Shown here: positions 46,888 to 57,986 of the stretch, one piece after another
Position numbering within the stretch: position 1 is the first letter of the stretch
Layout of the letters: each line of letters begins with the position of its first letter
Assembly: GCA_963765495.1 (NCBI GenBank)
Contig: CAVXWP010000013.1
Span: 64,001-128,000 of the forward strand
DNA length: 64,000 bases
Source of the DNA: Blastocatellia bacterium
Lineage (GTDB): Bacteria; Acidobacteriota; Blastocatellia; UBA7656
Reading direction: 5' to 3'
Notes under the pieces: generated by a model
What the model was told of the DNA's origin: nothing
The model's database searches: none
Seen by the model: only the letters and a program-made list of their open reading frames with translations
Program-made: the position numbers and the translations under genes

Positions 46888-47400
46888 ATGGAAACGACTC
46901 TCCGTATCCTATATTCCAAAGATGTGATTCAAAATCGCATAATCACGCTTGCCGAAGAGATAGCTGCCCGCCTCGCCGGGGATGACCTGACGGTTGTCGG
47001 CATACTTGATGATACTTTCATATTCCTCGCCGATTTGATTCGCGCGCTTGATATAGAGATGAGTTGCTGCTTTATGAATGTTGCGCGCCACCGTCACGGC
47101 GGGCAGACCGAAGTGGTATTTACAAGCGAATTCGATCCCCGCGGACGCAATATTTTACTGGTTGGAGGCGTAGTCGCCACGGGAGTAACGCTTGAGTACA
47201 TCACCAGGCAACTGGGCGATAGGGGCTTGAAATCCCTTCACACCTGTGTGCTCGTAGACAAACCTGGCGAGCGGCGCGTTGATCTTACACCCGATTTCGC
47301 CGCCTTTAAAAGCGATGAAGGTTTTTTGTTCGGCTACGGGCTGGGAATTCAGAACCAATTTCGTCAGCTTCCGTATTTGGCAGTGATGGATGGTCAATAA
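46888..47400 (+). CDS. hpt: Hypoxanthine phosphoribosyltransferase homolog with degenerate active site
   Basis: tilS-hpt-ftsH synteny; F.ADLIR, LVDKP..R and F..GYGL...R.LPY; PRPP motif reads LLVGGVVATGVTL. Confidence 0.8.
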   Translation: METTLRILYSKDVIQNRIITLAEEIAARLAGDDLTVVGILDDTFIFLADLIRALDIEMSCCFMNVARHRHGGQTEVVFTSEFDPRGRNILLVGGVVATGVTLEYITRQLGDRGLKSLHTCVLVDKPGERRVDLTPDFAAFKSDEGFLFGYGLGIQNQFRQLPYLAVMDGQ

Positions 47401-47518
47401 CCTCCCATCGCAAGAAAGGTACAACAAAGCTACGCGAGTCGGTTATTGCGCATCAAAATGATGTAGGCTAGAATTTTAACCAGACGCATAGGCGTTCTTT
47501 ATTATTGGAGGTACCAGG

Positions 47519-49429
47519 TTGAACTCAACAGTCAGGCAGATAATTTTTTGGGTTGTGATAATCGGGGGCGCATTCCTTCTCTACCAGCTCTTTGCCGGTA
47601 GGAGCGCGAAACAGGAACAGGTTCTTCCTTACACACAACTCCTGGATAAGGTCAACGCTGGCGAGGTCAAGAAGGCCACTATCGAAGAGGCTCACGGAAT
47701 AAAGGGTGAGTTGAAGTCCGGCGGAGAATTCACAACCGAGCTTAGCAATGAGTTCGTTCAGCGCGATATTGCCGAAGCGATGACAAAGGCCGGCGTAGAG
47801 GTCTCTTTCAAGAGCGCTTCTTCGAGCCAGTGGCTCATCGGCTTGATCAGCTACGCGCCTCTGCTGATTTTTATAGGATTATGGATCTTCATGATGCGGC
47901 AGATGCAATCGGGCGGCAACAAGGCTCTCTCGTTTGGCAAGTCGCGGGCAAAGCTTCTCAGCAATCAGCAAAAGCGCGTGACTTTTAAGGATGTCGCGGG
48001 CGTTGAAGAAGCCAAAGAAGAACTGCAAGAGATTATAGAATTTCTGAAAGAGCCGCAGAAGTTTCAGAAACTCGGCGGACGTATCCCGAAAGGCGTATTG
48101 ATGATGGGCCCGCCCGGCACAGGCAAGACCCTGCTTGCGCGCGCTATCGCGGGCGAAGCCAACGTGCCGTTCTTTTCTATCTCGGGCTCGGACTTTGTAG
48201 AGATGTTTGTCGGCGTGGGCGCAAGTCGTGTGCGTGATCTGTTCGAGCAGGGCAAGAAAAACGCTCCCTGCATCATCTTTATTGATGAGATAGACGCCGT
48301 AGGCCGCCATCGCGGTGCCGGACTTGGAGGCGGTCACGACGAGCGCGAGCAGACGCTCAATCAGTTACTGGTCGAGATGGACGGGTTTGAATCAAATGAC
48401 GGCGTGATCCTGATCGCTTCAACCAATCGTCCCGACGTTTTAGACCCGGCGCTGCTCAGACCCGGTCGCTTCGACCGTCGCGTAGTAGTGCAGAGGCCGG
48501 ATGTCAAAGGCCGCGAGGGGATACTTGCGGTTCACACGCGCAAGATTCCGCTCGGCGATGACGTGGATATAAACGTGATCGCGCGCGGAACCCCGGGCTT
48601 TACCGGCGCAGACCTTGCCAACCTCGTAAACGAGGCGGCGCTCAATGCCGCTCGCTACAATCGTAAAGCGGTTTCGATGCTCGATTTTGAGTGGGCCAAA
48701 GACAAGGTGCTGATGGGCAGCGAGCGCCGTTCGATAGTGATGTCGAACGAAGAGAAGCGCAACACGGCCTATCACGAAGCGGGCCACACGCTTGTGGGCA
48801 TCAAAGTGCCGAATGCCGATCCTATTCACAAGGTCTCGATAATCCCGCGAGGCATGGCGCTTGGCGTGACGATGCAGTTGCCCGAAGCCGACCGCTATTC
48901 GCATACGCGAGATTACCTCGAAGGTCAGGTCGCCATTATGATGGGCGGTCGAATTGCGGAAGAGATTTTCCTCAATCACATGACGACGGGCGCCTCAAAC
49001 GACATTGAGAAGGCGACCGAGCTTGCCCGCAGAATGGTCTGCGAGTTTGGCATGTCGAGTCTGGGACCGATCACCTTTGGCAAGAAGGAAGAGCAGATTT
49101 TCCTCGGGCGCGAGATCGCTCAGCATCAGGACTACAGCGAAGACACTGCCATCAAGATAGATCAGGAAGTAAAGCGGATCGTGATGGAGCAGTACAATCG
49201 GGCGCGCCAGATAATCGTTGAAAACAAGGACGCGCTTATACGGCTTGCTGAAGCTCTGCTTGAGCGCGAATCGCTCGACTCATTGCAGATTCGCCGACTG
49301 GTAGCGGGCCTCCCGCTCGACGATGATTCGGGACCTGCGCCGAGACGCGAAGATAAACCCAAGGCTGAACATAAACCGTCTATGCTCAACCCGATCATCC
49401 CGCCGATAACCGGCGACGCTACAGCCTAA
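47519..49429 (+). CDS. ftsH: ATP-dependent zinc metalloprotease FtsH
   Basis: [25 protein letters not shown] and HEAGH. Confidence 0.98.
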   Translation: MNSTVRQIIFWVVIIGGAFLLYQLFAGRSAKQEQVLPYTQLLDKVNAGEVKKATIEEAHGIKGELKSGGEFTTELSNEFVQRDIAEAMTKAGVEVSFKSASSSQWLIGLISYAPLLIFIGLWIFMMRQMQSGGNKALSFGKSRAKLLSNQQKRVTFKDVAGVEEAKEELQEIIEFLKEPQKFQKLGGRIPKGVLMMGPPGTGKTLLARAIAGEANVPFFSISGSDFVEMFVGVGASRVRDLFEQGKKNAPCIIFIDEIDAVGRHRGAGLGGGHDEREQTLNQLLVEMDGFESNDGVILIASTNRPDVLDPALLRPGRFDRRVVVQRPDVKGREGILAVHTRKIPLGDDVDINVIARGTPGFTGADLANLVNEAALNAARYNRKAVSMLDFEWAKDKVLMGSERRSIVMSNEEKRNTAYHEAGHTLVGIKVPNADPIHKVSIIPRGMALGVTMQLPEADRYSHTRDYLEGQVAIMMGGRIAEEIFLNHMTTGASNDIEKATELARRMVCEFGMSSLGPITFGKKEEQIFLGREIAQHQDYSEDTAIKIDQEVKRIVMEQYNRARQIIVENKDALIRLAEALLERESLDSLQIRRLVAGLPLDDDSGPAPRREDKPKAEHKPSMLNPIIPPITGDATA

Positions 49430-49440
49430 CGGCTCTTTCG

Positions 49441-49513
49441 GAGTTTTGAGTTTTGAATTTTGAGTTTTGAGTTTTTGCTCAATTCCATAATTCAAAACTC
49501 AAAACTCAAAACT
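49441..49513. repeat. Heptamer-arm palindromic element (GAGTTTT family), copy 2
   Basis: (GAGTTTT)x5...(AAAACTC)x3; right arm supplies the last codons and stop of dtd. Confidence 0.88.
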
Positions 49514-49955
49514 TCTTAGAACTATCGAGAAGAATCGTCACCGGCCCGTCATTGATCAAACTCACCTGCATCATAGCCTGAAATACTCCCGTTTCGACTC
49601 TTCCGCCGAATCGGCGCGCACGCGCGACAAAGTGCTCATACAAAGCATTCGCCTTTTCCGGCTCAGCAGCTTCGATGTAAGAGGGACGGCGGCCACGGCG
49701 CGTGTCGCCATAGAGCGTGAATTGTGACACGACAAGCAGCGCCCCGCCCGTATCCGAAAGCGACCGGTTCATCCTCCCCTCTTCATCTCTGAATATGCGA
49801 AGCCCAAAGACCTTATCCGCCAGATAGTCTGCATCCTGCTCGGCGTCATCACGCGAAACCCCGAGCAAAACGAGCAGACCCGCGCCAATGCTGCCCACTG
49901 TTCGGTCTTCGATTTTGACAGAAGCTTCGGTGACTCTTTGCACTACTGCGCGCAT
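49506..49955 (-). CDS. dtd: D-aminoacyl-tRNA deacylase
   Basis: [19 protein letters not shown] and NDGPVT. Confidence 0.97.
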   Translation of the reverse strand: MRAVVQRVTEASVKIEDRTVGSIGAGLLVLLGVSRDDAEQDADYLADKVFGLRIFRDEEGRMNRSLSDTGGALLVVSQFTLYGDTRRGRRPSYIEAAEPEKANALYEHFVARARRFGGRVETGVFQAMMQVSLINDGPVTILLDSSKKF

Positions 49956-49986
49956 AATCCGAATCCCTTTTTGTTTGAAAACAGCT

Positions 49987-50499
49987 TCATTTTCCTACCA
50001 TCAAAGTGCTGAATATCGAGAGCATATCGATGTGCAGCCGTCTGAGAGCCTGTTCGTATCCGGGCGAGATATACTCTATGGGGTTAGAGGTACCCGTGTG
50101 TATGGATTCATCGCGCACCTTTAGAGTGCTGAACAGATTGGTGCCTGTGACGCGCACGGCTACATCGTTTGGCACATGGACTGTACCTGTACCAAAGATC
50201 GAGGAGATGCTGATCTTTGTTTCACCGAGCGGTAGCGTTTCGGCCTTCAGATCGACGGTTATCGCGCCAAAGATGGTCAGGGCGCTGTGGCCGTCGAGGT
50301 CCCGTCCCTCGTTTGATACCTTGCCTCCCGTAAAAAAGGCCGTGGTCTGACCGCCGCCACGCGCAGTGATCACACGATTTCGAGACTCTGATTGAGCAAG
50401 CCGCTCGCCTACAACGGCGAGATTGGTCCCGCACGACCTGCAAAATTTCTCTCCCTTAGATTGCGCGCCACATTTCGGACAGAATATGGTTTGCCCCAT
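49987..50499 (-). CDS. Zinc-ribbon plus LiaF/DUF2154-like beta domain protein
   Basis: FCPKCG...FCRSCG; IFGAITVDL and IFG...VHVP. Confidence 0.65.
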   Translation of the reverse strand: MGQTIFCPKCGAQSKGEKFCRSCGTNLAVVGERLAQSESRNRVITARGGGQTTAFFTGGKVSNEGRDLDGHSALTIFGAITVDLKAETLPLGETKISISSIFGTGTVHVPNDVAVRVTGTNLFSTLKVRDESIHTGTSNPIEYISPGYEQALRRLHIDMLSIFSTLMVGK

Positions 50500-50608
50500 T
50501 GATCTCCCTCTTCAAAACAAGAACCCTGTTGTTCCCGGCCAGTTTATCTTCAGATTAAATAGCTTCATAGCTTCGATTGGCTGCTGTCAAGTAACGGCGA
50601 TGCGAAAG

Positions 50609-51913
50609 CAGGGCTGTTGCAAAGTAGGCTCAACGACGCAATATTAGATTTAGGGCCTCTTGCGGATTGGCGTTGTAGCGCCGCCTTGCTTCCGGCAGAT
50701 TCTTCAAACCCTGCCTTAATACCATTGCGATTACCAGATTGTTTATCACTGCCAAGCTCTCTGCTGCATGCCCTGTCTTCAACCTACAATAGTCCTCTTT
50801 CATTGTCTTATCTCTTCGGTAGTGTAACCCATTCTCCACTTGCCAATGCTTTCGCACCACCTGTAGCATCCTTTCAGCATCTGCTTCCTTCTTTGTCAGG
50901 CTTGTTATTCCATAGCTTGTTTCGCTTCGCTTCTTTCCTGTAGACACTATTTCAACTTCTCGCTCTATCTTGTAGACTTGTTCCAAGTATGGCCAATCCA
51001 TCTCTCCTGCCATCATTGAACTTGTTGTTATCTTTCTGTGTTCAATTCGCCCGTGATGTTTCTCTATAGAGCAGGCTGTGGCCAGATCGTTTTTCATCTC
51101 TTTGAGTTTGGTTTTACCCTCTTCTATTTCGAACAATGTTTCAATCTCTGAGCGCAGGTGGGCTTGATTGTCCTTGACTGTCCAGACGTAATCGCCGCCA
51201 GCTTCGACGACTTGTCGAGAGAGTTCACGTTGTGCAAACATGGCATCACCAGTCACTATTTTCCCCTGTAAATCTATAGATTTAAGCAAGCGAGGGGCAG
51301 CAGATATTTCATTCTCTTTTGATCCTACTTCCATCTGCAAGAGCACAACGCCTTGATCTGGGAGATAGGCTGCAAGCAGATGCAACCCTTTAGTCTGACC
51401 TGCTGGTATAGTCCCTCTAAGAGTCTTTCCATCCATGTTCATTTCTACTGATTGTTCTGCTTTATCAGCAGAAAGCAGAAAGAGACTGAGAAGTTGTTGA
51501 AATTCATTAAGATCAAAAGCCTTGCCAAGTATACGAGAGTAAGTAGTAGGGTGAGGAGTGGAATCTCGATCAAAATCGAGAGCCTCACGAAGAAACTGCT
51601 TTCTCAAAGCAATCCAATGAGCAATGCCACGAGGCTCATCCTCGCCAGCAAGTTTAGCCAGAACGACAAAGACCAAAGCAAGTGCAAGAGGGTATCGCTT
51701 ACCTTTAGCTTTGCGATGATCTTTGAGATTCCCTAGATAATGATAGAGACTCCCGACATCGAAGAAAAAGGGAGAATCCCCAGGAACAATAGAAGCGGCA
51801 AAAGTGTTATACTCCATCAGAGACCTACCTCCGGTTTGTAAAGTGTTTGATTCAAAGAACAACCGGATAAGGTCTTTTCTCTTATCTTGTCAAGCTACTT
51901 TGCAACAGCCCTG
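50609..51913. mobile_element. ISAs1-family insertion sequence (1305 bp)
   Basis: Perfect 19-bp TIR CAGGGCTGTTGCAAAGTAG; 10-bp target duplication GATGCGAAAG (50599-50608 and 51914-51923); visibly more AT-rich than flanks. Confidence 0.95.
50630..51817 (-). CDS. ISAs1-family transposase
   Basis: DGKTLRG, KENEI, TGDAMFAQ, VKDNQ, HGRIE and HWQVENGLH; GGAGGT RBS before ATG 51817. Confidence 0.95.
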   Translation of the reverse strand: MEYNTFAASIVPGDSPFFFDVGSLYHYLGNLKDHRKAKGKRYPLALALVFVVLAKLAGEDEPRGIAHWIALRKQFLREALDFDRDSTPHPTTYSRILGKAFDLNEFQQLLSLFLLSADKAEQSVEMNMDGKTLRGTIPAGQTKGLHLLAAYLPDQGVVLLQMEVGSKENEISAAPRLLKSIDLQGKIVTGDAMFAQRELSRQVVEAGGDYVWTVKDNQAHLRSEIETLFEIEEGKTKLKEMKNDLATACSIEKHHGRIEHRKITTSSMMAGEMDWPYLEQVYKIEREVEIVSTGKKRSETSYGITSLTKKEADAERMLQVVRKHWQVENGLHYRRDKTMKEDYCRLKTGHAAESLAVINNLVIAMVLRQGLKNLPEARRRYNANPQEALNLILRR

Positions 51914-52065
51914 GATGCGAAAGTATCAAGGAAGGAGGATCTGAGATTTGAAATTTTAGATTTGAAATCCCCGTCCTCAAGCAGCACGCATCTGTCCGTC
52001 TTTTTGCCTTTTGTCTTCCCGGTGTGTACAATCGAATAACTTGCTTTCGTTAATCTTTCGGAGGG

Positions 52066-52941
52066 TTGATTGTGTCACAGGGACCACCAGCGAGGCTCGG
52101 CATTATTACCAAGCCGCACGAACCGCGCGCAGCTGATCTGGCAGCCCGGATCGCCGAATGGGCGGCCGAGCACGAAATCAACCTCTTTGTAAACGACCGC
52201 GTAACGGAACTCCCGCCCGGCACTTTTTCTGCCACAGCCCGCGAGATAGCAGATCATTGCGATCTACTGATCGTTCTTGGCGGAGACGGAACCATGATTG
52301 CCACAGCCCGTCTCGTGCGCGGCAGCGGCACTCCGGTGCTTGGAATCAATCTCGGCACGCTCGGCTATCTGACCGAGTTTTCCGCCGAAGACGCAATACC
52401 GGCGCTCGAAGATGTGATCCGAGGCAATTATAGAATCGACCGTCGCACGATGCTTGGCTGGCGCGTGCTTCGCGACGGGGATCAGATAGCCCAATCCACC
52501 GCGCTCAATGACATCGTGGTTAACAAATCTGCGCTGGCCCGCATAATAGATATTGATTGCTGGATAGGGACCAATTACGTCACAACCTTTCGCGCAGACG
52601 GGTTGATTGTGGCCACGCCTACCGGCTCGACCGCTTACAATCTTTCGGCGGGCGGACCGATCATTTATCCGAGCACGCAGGGGCTTTCAATCTGCCCGAT
52701 TTGCCCTCATACGCTTACGAACCGACCGCTCGTCCTTCCAGATACCGCCGACATCAAGCTGCAAGTTCATACGCGCGATCAGGAAGTCATGATAACTGCC
52801 GACGGGCAGACGGGACTCCCCCTGATGCCGGGCGATCTGATACATATAAATAAGAGCGACAGGACATTCAATACCGTTTGCGCGGAAGACAGCGATTATT
52901 TCCAGATACTGCGCAACAAGCTGAAATGGAGCGGACGCTGA
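52066..52941 (+). CDS. nadK: NAD kinase
   Basis: LGGDGT, GINLGTLGYL, ALND and DGLIVATPTGSTAYNLSAGGP. Confidence 0.95.
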   Translation: MIVSQGPPARLGIITKPHEPRAADLAARIAEWAAEHEINLFVNDRVTELPPGTFSATAREIADHCDLLIVLGGDGTMIATARLVRGSGTPVLGINLGTLGYLTEFSAEDAIPALEDVIRGNYRIDRRTMLGWRVLRDGDQIAQSTALNDIVVNKSALARIIDIDCWIGTNYVTTFRADGLIVATPTGSTAYNLSAGGPIIYPSTQGLSICPICPHTLTNRPLVLPDTADIKLQVHTRDQEVMITADGQTGLPLMPGDLIHINKSDRTFNTVCAEDSDYFQILRNKLKWSGR

Positions 52942-53000
52942 AAATTAAATGCCTGAACGCTTCGCCGCGTTGCAAAGAGAAACGTCTATGAGGTTCACTC

Positions 53001-53744
53001 ATGTTGCTGCCTATCGGAGACGATAACCAGGGAAGACTCTCAACGCCTTTCGTCGTTTATATAATCGTCGCCATAAACGTGCTTGTGTTTCTGTTACAGC
53101 TTTCCGGCGGCGACGAGTTCACCTCCGCTTATGCCGTCGTGCCCTACGAAATCACCCACGGCGTAGATCTTGTCCAGGCAGTCAGGATACCCAACGTGGG
53201 GGTCATTCCGCAGGCTCCCGGCCCGACACCCATCTTCCTGACCATCTTCACCTCTATGTTTATGCACGGCGGATTCATGCACATAGCCGGAAACATGCTC
53301 TACCTGTGGATATTCGGCGACAATATCGAAGACAACTTCGGCCATCTGAAATTCCTGATCTTTTATCTGGTCTGCGGTGTTGCTGCCTCATTCTCTCAAA
53401 TACTGGTCGATCCGAATTCGATGATCCCGTCGCTCGGCGCATCGGGCGCGATTGCGGGCGTGCTCGGCGCTTATCTGATTATGTTTCCACGCAATCGGGT
53501 CCGCGTACTTACACTCACATTGATACTTACGACTTTTGAATTGCCCGCCGTCGTCGTACTCGGTTTCTGGATAGTGTTGCAGGTAATCAGCCAGTATACG
53601 GCCTTTGCCAACACACAGCTATCACAGGGGGGCGTGGCCTACATGGCGCATATAGGCGGATTCGTTGCGGGAGTAATCCTTACTTTTCTTTTCCGGCGAC
53701 CGCTCAGGACTTCTTACAGAGATTCGTTTTATGAGCGGGATTGA
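53001..53744 (+). CDS. Rhomboid intramembrane serine protease
   Basis: MFMHGG..H..GNM, GASG and AHIGG. Confidence 0.93.
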   Translation: MLLPIGDDNQGRLSTPFVVYIIVAINVLVFLLQLSGGDEFTSAYAVVPYEITHGVDLVQAVRIPNVGVIPQAPGPTPIFLTIFTSMFMHGGFMHIAGNMLYLWIFGDNIEDNFGHLKFLIFYLVCGVAASFSQILVDPNSMIPSLGASGAIAGVLGAYLIMFPRNRVRVLTLTLILTTFELPAVVVLGFWIVLQVISQYTAFANTQLSQGGVAYMAHIGGFVAGVILTFLFRRPLRTSYRDSFYERD

Positions 53745-53771
53745 TCCTCAAACAACCTGTCCCTTTGATTT

Positions 53772-54542
53772 ATGATCGTACTAGATAATCTGACCAAGCT
53801 CTACTACCCAGCCACCGCCGTGGACCACGTGAGCCTCGTCATACCGTCGGGGCAACTTGTAGGCTATCTCGGCCCGAACGGCGCGGGCAAATCGACTACG
53901 GTCAAGATGCTGACGGGGATGATAGCTCCTTCGTCGGGCCGCGCGGAAATTTACGGCCTAGACATAGAACGCGACACCATAGAAGTCAAACGATTGATCG
54001 GCTACGTGCCTGAGTCGGGCGCGGTCTATGAGACGCTGACAGGCGGCGAATACCTTGAAATGGTAGGCCGTTTGTACGGCATGGAGGACGCAATCATCCG
54101 CGACCGCATAGCGAAGTTTGCAGATTTTTTCGAGCTTGACCGCGCGACCCTTGACCGAAAGATGCTCTCGGCTTATTCGAAGGGCATGAAGCAAAAGGTG
54201 GTAATTTCAGCGGCGCTCATTCACAACCCGCGAGTGATATTTTTCGACGAGCCGCTAAACGGGCTCGATGCCAGCACTCAACTTATGCTCAAGACCCTTA
54301 TCAAAAGCCTCGCCACAGAAGGGAAGACCATCTTTTATTGCTCGCACGTGCTCGATGTGGTTGAGCGCATGTGCGACCGCATCGTCATCATCGATCACGG
54401 GCGAATAGTGGCCGACGGCACGCTGGCCGAGCTTCAGATCGCGAGCGGCGAAGGGTCGCTCGAACGCATATTCAACAAGCTCACGGCGCACACCAATCTG
54501 GAAGAGCGCGCAGAAGAATTCTCGAAAACATTCAGCTTCTGA
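53772..54542 (+). CDS. ABC exporter ATP-binding protein
   Basis: GPNGAGKST, YSKGMKQK, FFDEP and SH. Confidence 0.93.
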   Translation: MIVLDNLTKLYYPATAVDHVSLVIPSGQLVGYLGPNGAGKSTTVKMLTGMIAPSSGRAEIYGLDIERDTIEVKRLIGYVPESGAVYETLTGGEYLEMVGRLYGMEDAIIRDRIAKFADFFELDRATLDRKMLSAYSKGMKQKVVISAALIHNPRVIFFDEPLNGLDASTQLMLKTLIKSLATEGKTIFYCSHVLDVVERMCDRIVIIDHGRIVADGTLAELQIASGEGSLERIFNKLTAHTNLEERAEEFSKTFSF

Positions 54543-56245
54543 TGAATACCGAATTCGTCACAACTCGCGCGCTCAAGAGATACGATATCGACGCCCGGCA
54601 GGTGTGGACTCTGTTTGTCATCTATCTGAAGCAGGACCTCCGCAGCGGCAAGGCGCTTATGGGTTCGAGCAAGAAAGAGTATCTCTCTTCCAACCGAACG
54701 CTGATCGTGACCTTTGGAATGTACATGGCCTTGAGCCTCAGCATCTGCCTGCTTGTCGTGATGGATATAGATGTCTTTGTCTTTTCGATTTTTACGTCGA
54801 GTTTTACATTCTTTATCGTATCGCTGGGAGTTCTGGCCGAATCCGGCAACGTCATATTCAATCAGGCCGAAGTAGACATAATCGGCCATCTGCCCATAGG
54901 CGCGCGCACTCTTTTTGCTGCGAAGTTGCTGAACCTGCTCTCATTCACATTGCTGCTTACGGTTGCCTCGAACCTTCTGCCCGCGATTTGCGGCATCTGG
55001 GCGACGCGCTCAAACGCGCTGTTTTTCCTCGCGCACTCGCTGTCGGCCGCGCTCCTCGGGTTGTTTGCCACGTCGCTTGTCGTCACAAGCTACGGCGCGC
55101 TTATGCGCTATGTGAGCAAAGAGCGATTCGACTCCATAGCCGCATATTCTCAGGCCCTGCTGGCCCTGTTCTTCATGCTGGCCTATCAGTTATTGCCTCG
55201 CCTGATGGGCCGGATTGAGCTGGAGCGCATCGCCCAATTCAACTGGTATTACCTGCTGTATCCGCCCGCGTGGTTTTCCGGCATAACGATGCTCGTGATA
55301 GGAGAGGCGGATGCAGGTTCGGTCGCGCTCGCGTTTCTTGCAGTTCTGTCGCTGATAATTCTGGGCCTGATAGCATTGCGCAAAGTCGCAAGCGTCTATT
55401 CCTCTTTTCTGATGCAACTCGCTTACGGCTCAGGCAAGGTAAAGCCGGGCAAGATGGAAAGCATTTCGACGGGCGCGCAAGTACCGCGCAGGCCCGGAAT
55501 CAAACAGATGGCGCGCAAGATGTTTCTTCCTCGCCCTGTCGAGCGCGGCGTGTTCGATCTTGTTTCGGTTTATCTGAGGCGCAACCGCGAGATCAAAGTT
55601 CGGCTTTATCCGTCGCTCGCCTACTTCATTATCTTTCCGCTGATCGCGCTGCTCAGAGAAGGTTTGCCCGACCCCTTTATCGAAGACGGCCCGTCATTTT
55701 ACTCTTTGATGGGGGCGGCGATGGTCTGTTTCGTCGCGCTCACGGCTATCGAGGGACTGATCTTTTCCGAGCACTACGAGGCAGCCTATATCTTTTACGT
55801 AGCGCCGATAAATAGGGCAGGCGAAATCTATAGCGGCATCCGAAAGGTGATACTGGTCTATGTCGCGCTGCCGGGGTTTGCGACTCTGTTTTTACTCTAC
55901 GCGCTCTTATGGCGCACGCCCGTGCACGCATTGCTGGTGCTCACTCCGTGGATGATGCTCGCGCCTGTTCTGCTGCTGGTTCCCTTCCTGTTCAGGCAGG
56001 TGCTGCCGCTTGCGCGCAAGTATCAAAAGGGGCAGCAATCGGCACGCAATTTCGTTATACTCTTCGCAAGCAGTTCGGGTCTGTTCTGCTTTGGCGCTTT
56101 GCAAACCCTGGGCTTGAAAGGCTTCTTCCCCTACTGGCTCTACCTGATCTTCACCGCTATCGCCTCGCTTTTGATCTACTTTACGCTAGGCAAATTGACC
56201 CTTGAGTCGAGCCCTCTGGTCCTGAGACAGGATTTACGGCAATAA
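54542..56245 (+). CDS. Putative ABC exporter permease (about 12 TM)
   Basis: TGATG stop/start overlap with the ATPase; many TM helices. Confidence 0.8.
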   Translation: MNTEFVTTRALKRYDIDARQVWTLFVIYLKQDLRSGKALMGSSKKEYLSSNRTLIVTFGMYMALSLSICLLVVMDIDVFVFSIFTSSFTFFIVSLGVLAESGNVIFNQAEVDIIGHLPIGARTLFAAKLLNLLSFTLLLTVASNLLPAICGIWATRSNALFFLAHSLSAALLGLFATSLVVTSYGALMRYVSKERFDSIAAYSQALLALFFMLAYQLLPRLMGRIELERIAQFNWYYLLYPPAWFSGITMLVIGEADAGSVALAFLAVLSLIILGLIALRKVASVYSSFLMQLAYGSGKVKPGKMESISTGAQVPRRPGIKQMARKMFLPRPVERGVFDLVSVYLRRNREIKVRLYPSLAYFIIFPLIALLREGLPDPFIEDGPSFYSLMGAAMVCFVALTAIEGLIFSEHYEAAYIFYVAPINRAGEIYSGIRKVILVYVALPGFATLFLLYALLWRTPVHALLVLTPWMMLAPVLLLVPFLFRQVLPLARKYQKGQQSARNFVILFASSSGLFCFGALQTLGLKGFFPYWLYLIFTAIASLLIYFTLGKLTLESSPLVLRQDLRQ

Positions 56246-56319
56246 CATCCAGCCACGATTGAATACGATTGAAGCAGGCTGCTACACTGATAGTTTGATT
56301 TTTTGTGAAGGAGCCTTTC

Positions 56320-56739
56320 ATGACAGAAGAAGTATTAGAGCATTCGGGACTGGTGATTGAAGAGACGCCCGCCGATGCTCTGGAGCTTTATCCGCTCGAC
56401 ACGTTTGAGTATAAATATGTCGGCAAAGAGATCACCATCTCATTCACCTGCCCCGAGTTCACAGCCATCTGCCCGTTTTCGGATTTCCCAGATTTTGCCA
56501 CGATCAAACTCGATTACGTGCCGAACCGGCTCTGCATAGAATTGAAATCGCTCAAGCTCTATATAAACTCGTTTCGCTCGGTAAAGATATTTCACGAGCA
56601 CGTGGTGAATCGCATAATGGATGATTTCGTCCGCGCCTCGGACCCTCTGCGAGTCGAGATCGAAGGCGATTTCCACGTGCGCGGAAACATCAAGACCGTG
56701 ATTCGCGCTTCATATAATCGAAGCGAAACCCGGAGGTGA
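56320..56739 (+). CDS. queF: NADPH-dependent 7-cyano-7-deazaguanine reductase (type I)
   Basis: [18 protein letters not shown] and FHE; AAGGAG RBS before ATG 56320. Confidence 0.93.
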   Translation: MTEEVLEHSGLVIEETPADALELYPLDTFEYKYVGKEITISFTCPEFTAICPFSDFPDFATIKLDYVPNRLCIELKSLKLYINSFRSVKIFHEHVVNRIMDDFVRASDPLRVEIEGDFHVRGNIKTVIRASYNRSETRR

Positions 56740-56769
56740 AGAGGCTCTGTTTCGGATGAGGATTCGGCT

Positions 56770-57069
56770 ATGGAAATGGAGAAATCATATTATGTAGTCA
56801 CCTGCAAACCGGCATATCTTGAATTGCTTCGAGCAACCGGGACGGCAGGCGACGGCGACGAACCTGTTTCGAAAAGATTGATTATCACCATAACGCAGGG
56901 CGGGTTCGGGCAGGATGTTATTGACGACGAGCGACAGGCGAAGGAACGGTTTCTGGAACATCTATTCTACTCAAGTGATATTGATCTGCCGCGCTCGGCT
57001 GAGAGTTTCGATCAGTATTTCGAGCTTGAAGAGGCAGGCGAATTTATCGACCTCGACGAAGAAGTTTAA
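56770..57069 (+). CDS. Small acidic hypothetical protein
   Basis: Fills the gap in a tight co-directional run; D/E-rich. Confidence 0.6.
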   Translation: MEMEKSYYVVTCKPAYLELLRATGTAGDGDEPVSKRLIITITQGGFGQDVIDDERQAKERFLEHLFYSSDIDLPRSAESFDQYFELEEAGEFIDLDEEV

Positions 57070-57074
57070 CGATT

Positions 57075-57977
57075 ATGGAAATTCCTATACTCTCCCCCCT
57101 CGGATTCAGTTTTAAGCGAACGGCGATAAGTCACGGCTGGACAGATTTGCCGCCCTTCGAGTTTGACGAGCAGAACTGGACCATTACGCGAGTTCTCGAC
57201 AGCGGAGGCGCGCAACCCGTAACGGTAAAGATATTCGAAGCAGGCCCGGAGATAAAGATCAGCGTCAAGGGGCGCGCGGGTCGTCGCGCTTCTGAAAAAA
57301 TCGCCCGCGATGTGCGCCACATGCTCAGACTCGATGACGACATGCAGGCGTTTTACGAACGCGTGGCGCGCGAGCCGGACTTCGAATGGATAGTGAGGGC
57401 GGGCGCGGGCCGCCTGCTTCGCGGTCCCACGGTTTTTGAAGACCTGGTCAAGACAATGTGCACTACGAATTGCTCGTGGGCACTGACAAAGAAGATGGTC
57501 GCCGGGCTTGTGAACAACCTCGGCGCTGAAGCAAAGGACGGGCGGCGCGATTTCCCTGCGCCCGAGGCCATGGCCGCCGCACCCGAAAGCTTCTACCGCG
57601 ATGAGGTTCGCGCAGGTTATCGCGCTCCTTACTTGAAGGAGCTTGCCGACCGCGTAGCCTCCGGCTCGCTCGACCCGGAGACGTGGCTTTCAAGCGATCT
57701 GCCCGATATGGAGCTAAAACGCGAGATGAAGCGGGTCAAAGGCGTAGGCGATTACGCCGCAGAAAATCTCTTAAAACTCGTAGGCCGGTACGATGGGCTT
57801 GCGCTCGATTCGTGGGTGCGAGCCAAGTTTGCCCGCACTCATAACGGCGGGCGCGAGGCTCCCGATAAAAAAATCGAGCGGTATTATTCGCGTTTCGGCG
57901 TGTGGCGAGGGCTTGCGCTCTGGTGCGATATGACGCGCGACTGGCTCGATTCAAAAGAAGAGTTCGCCAAATGGTAA
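57075..57977 (+). CDS. HhH-GPD DNA glycosylase (AlkA/Ogg1-like)
   Basis: FEDLVKTMCTTN, GYRAPYL, VKGVGDYAA and LALDSW. Confidence 0.85.
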   Translation: MEIPILSPLGFSFKRTAISHGWTDLPPFEFDEQNWTITRVLDSGGAQPVTVKIFEAGPEIKISVKGRAGRRASEKIARDVRHMLRLDDDMQAFYERVAREPDFEWIVRAGAGRLLRGPTVFEDLVKTMCTTNCSWALTKKMVAGLVNNLGAEAKDGRRDFPAPEAMAAAPESFYRDEVRAGYRAPYLKELADRVASGSLDPETWLSSDLPDMELKREMKRVKGVGDYAAENLLKLVGRYDGLALDSWVRAKFARTHNGGREAPDKKIERYYSRFGVWRGLALWCDMTRDWLDSKEEFAKW

Positions 57978-57986
57978 TTCGTAATA

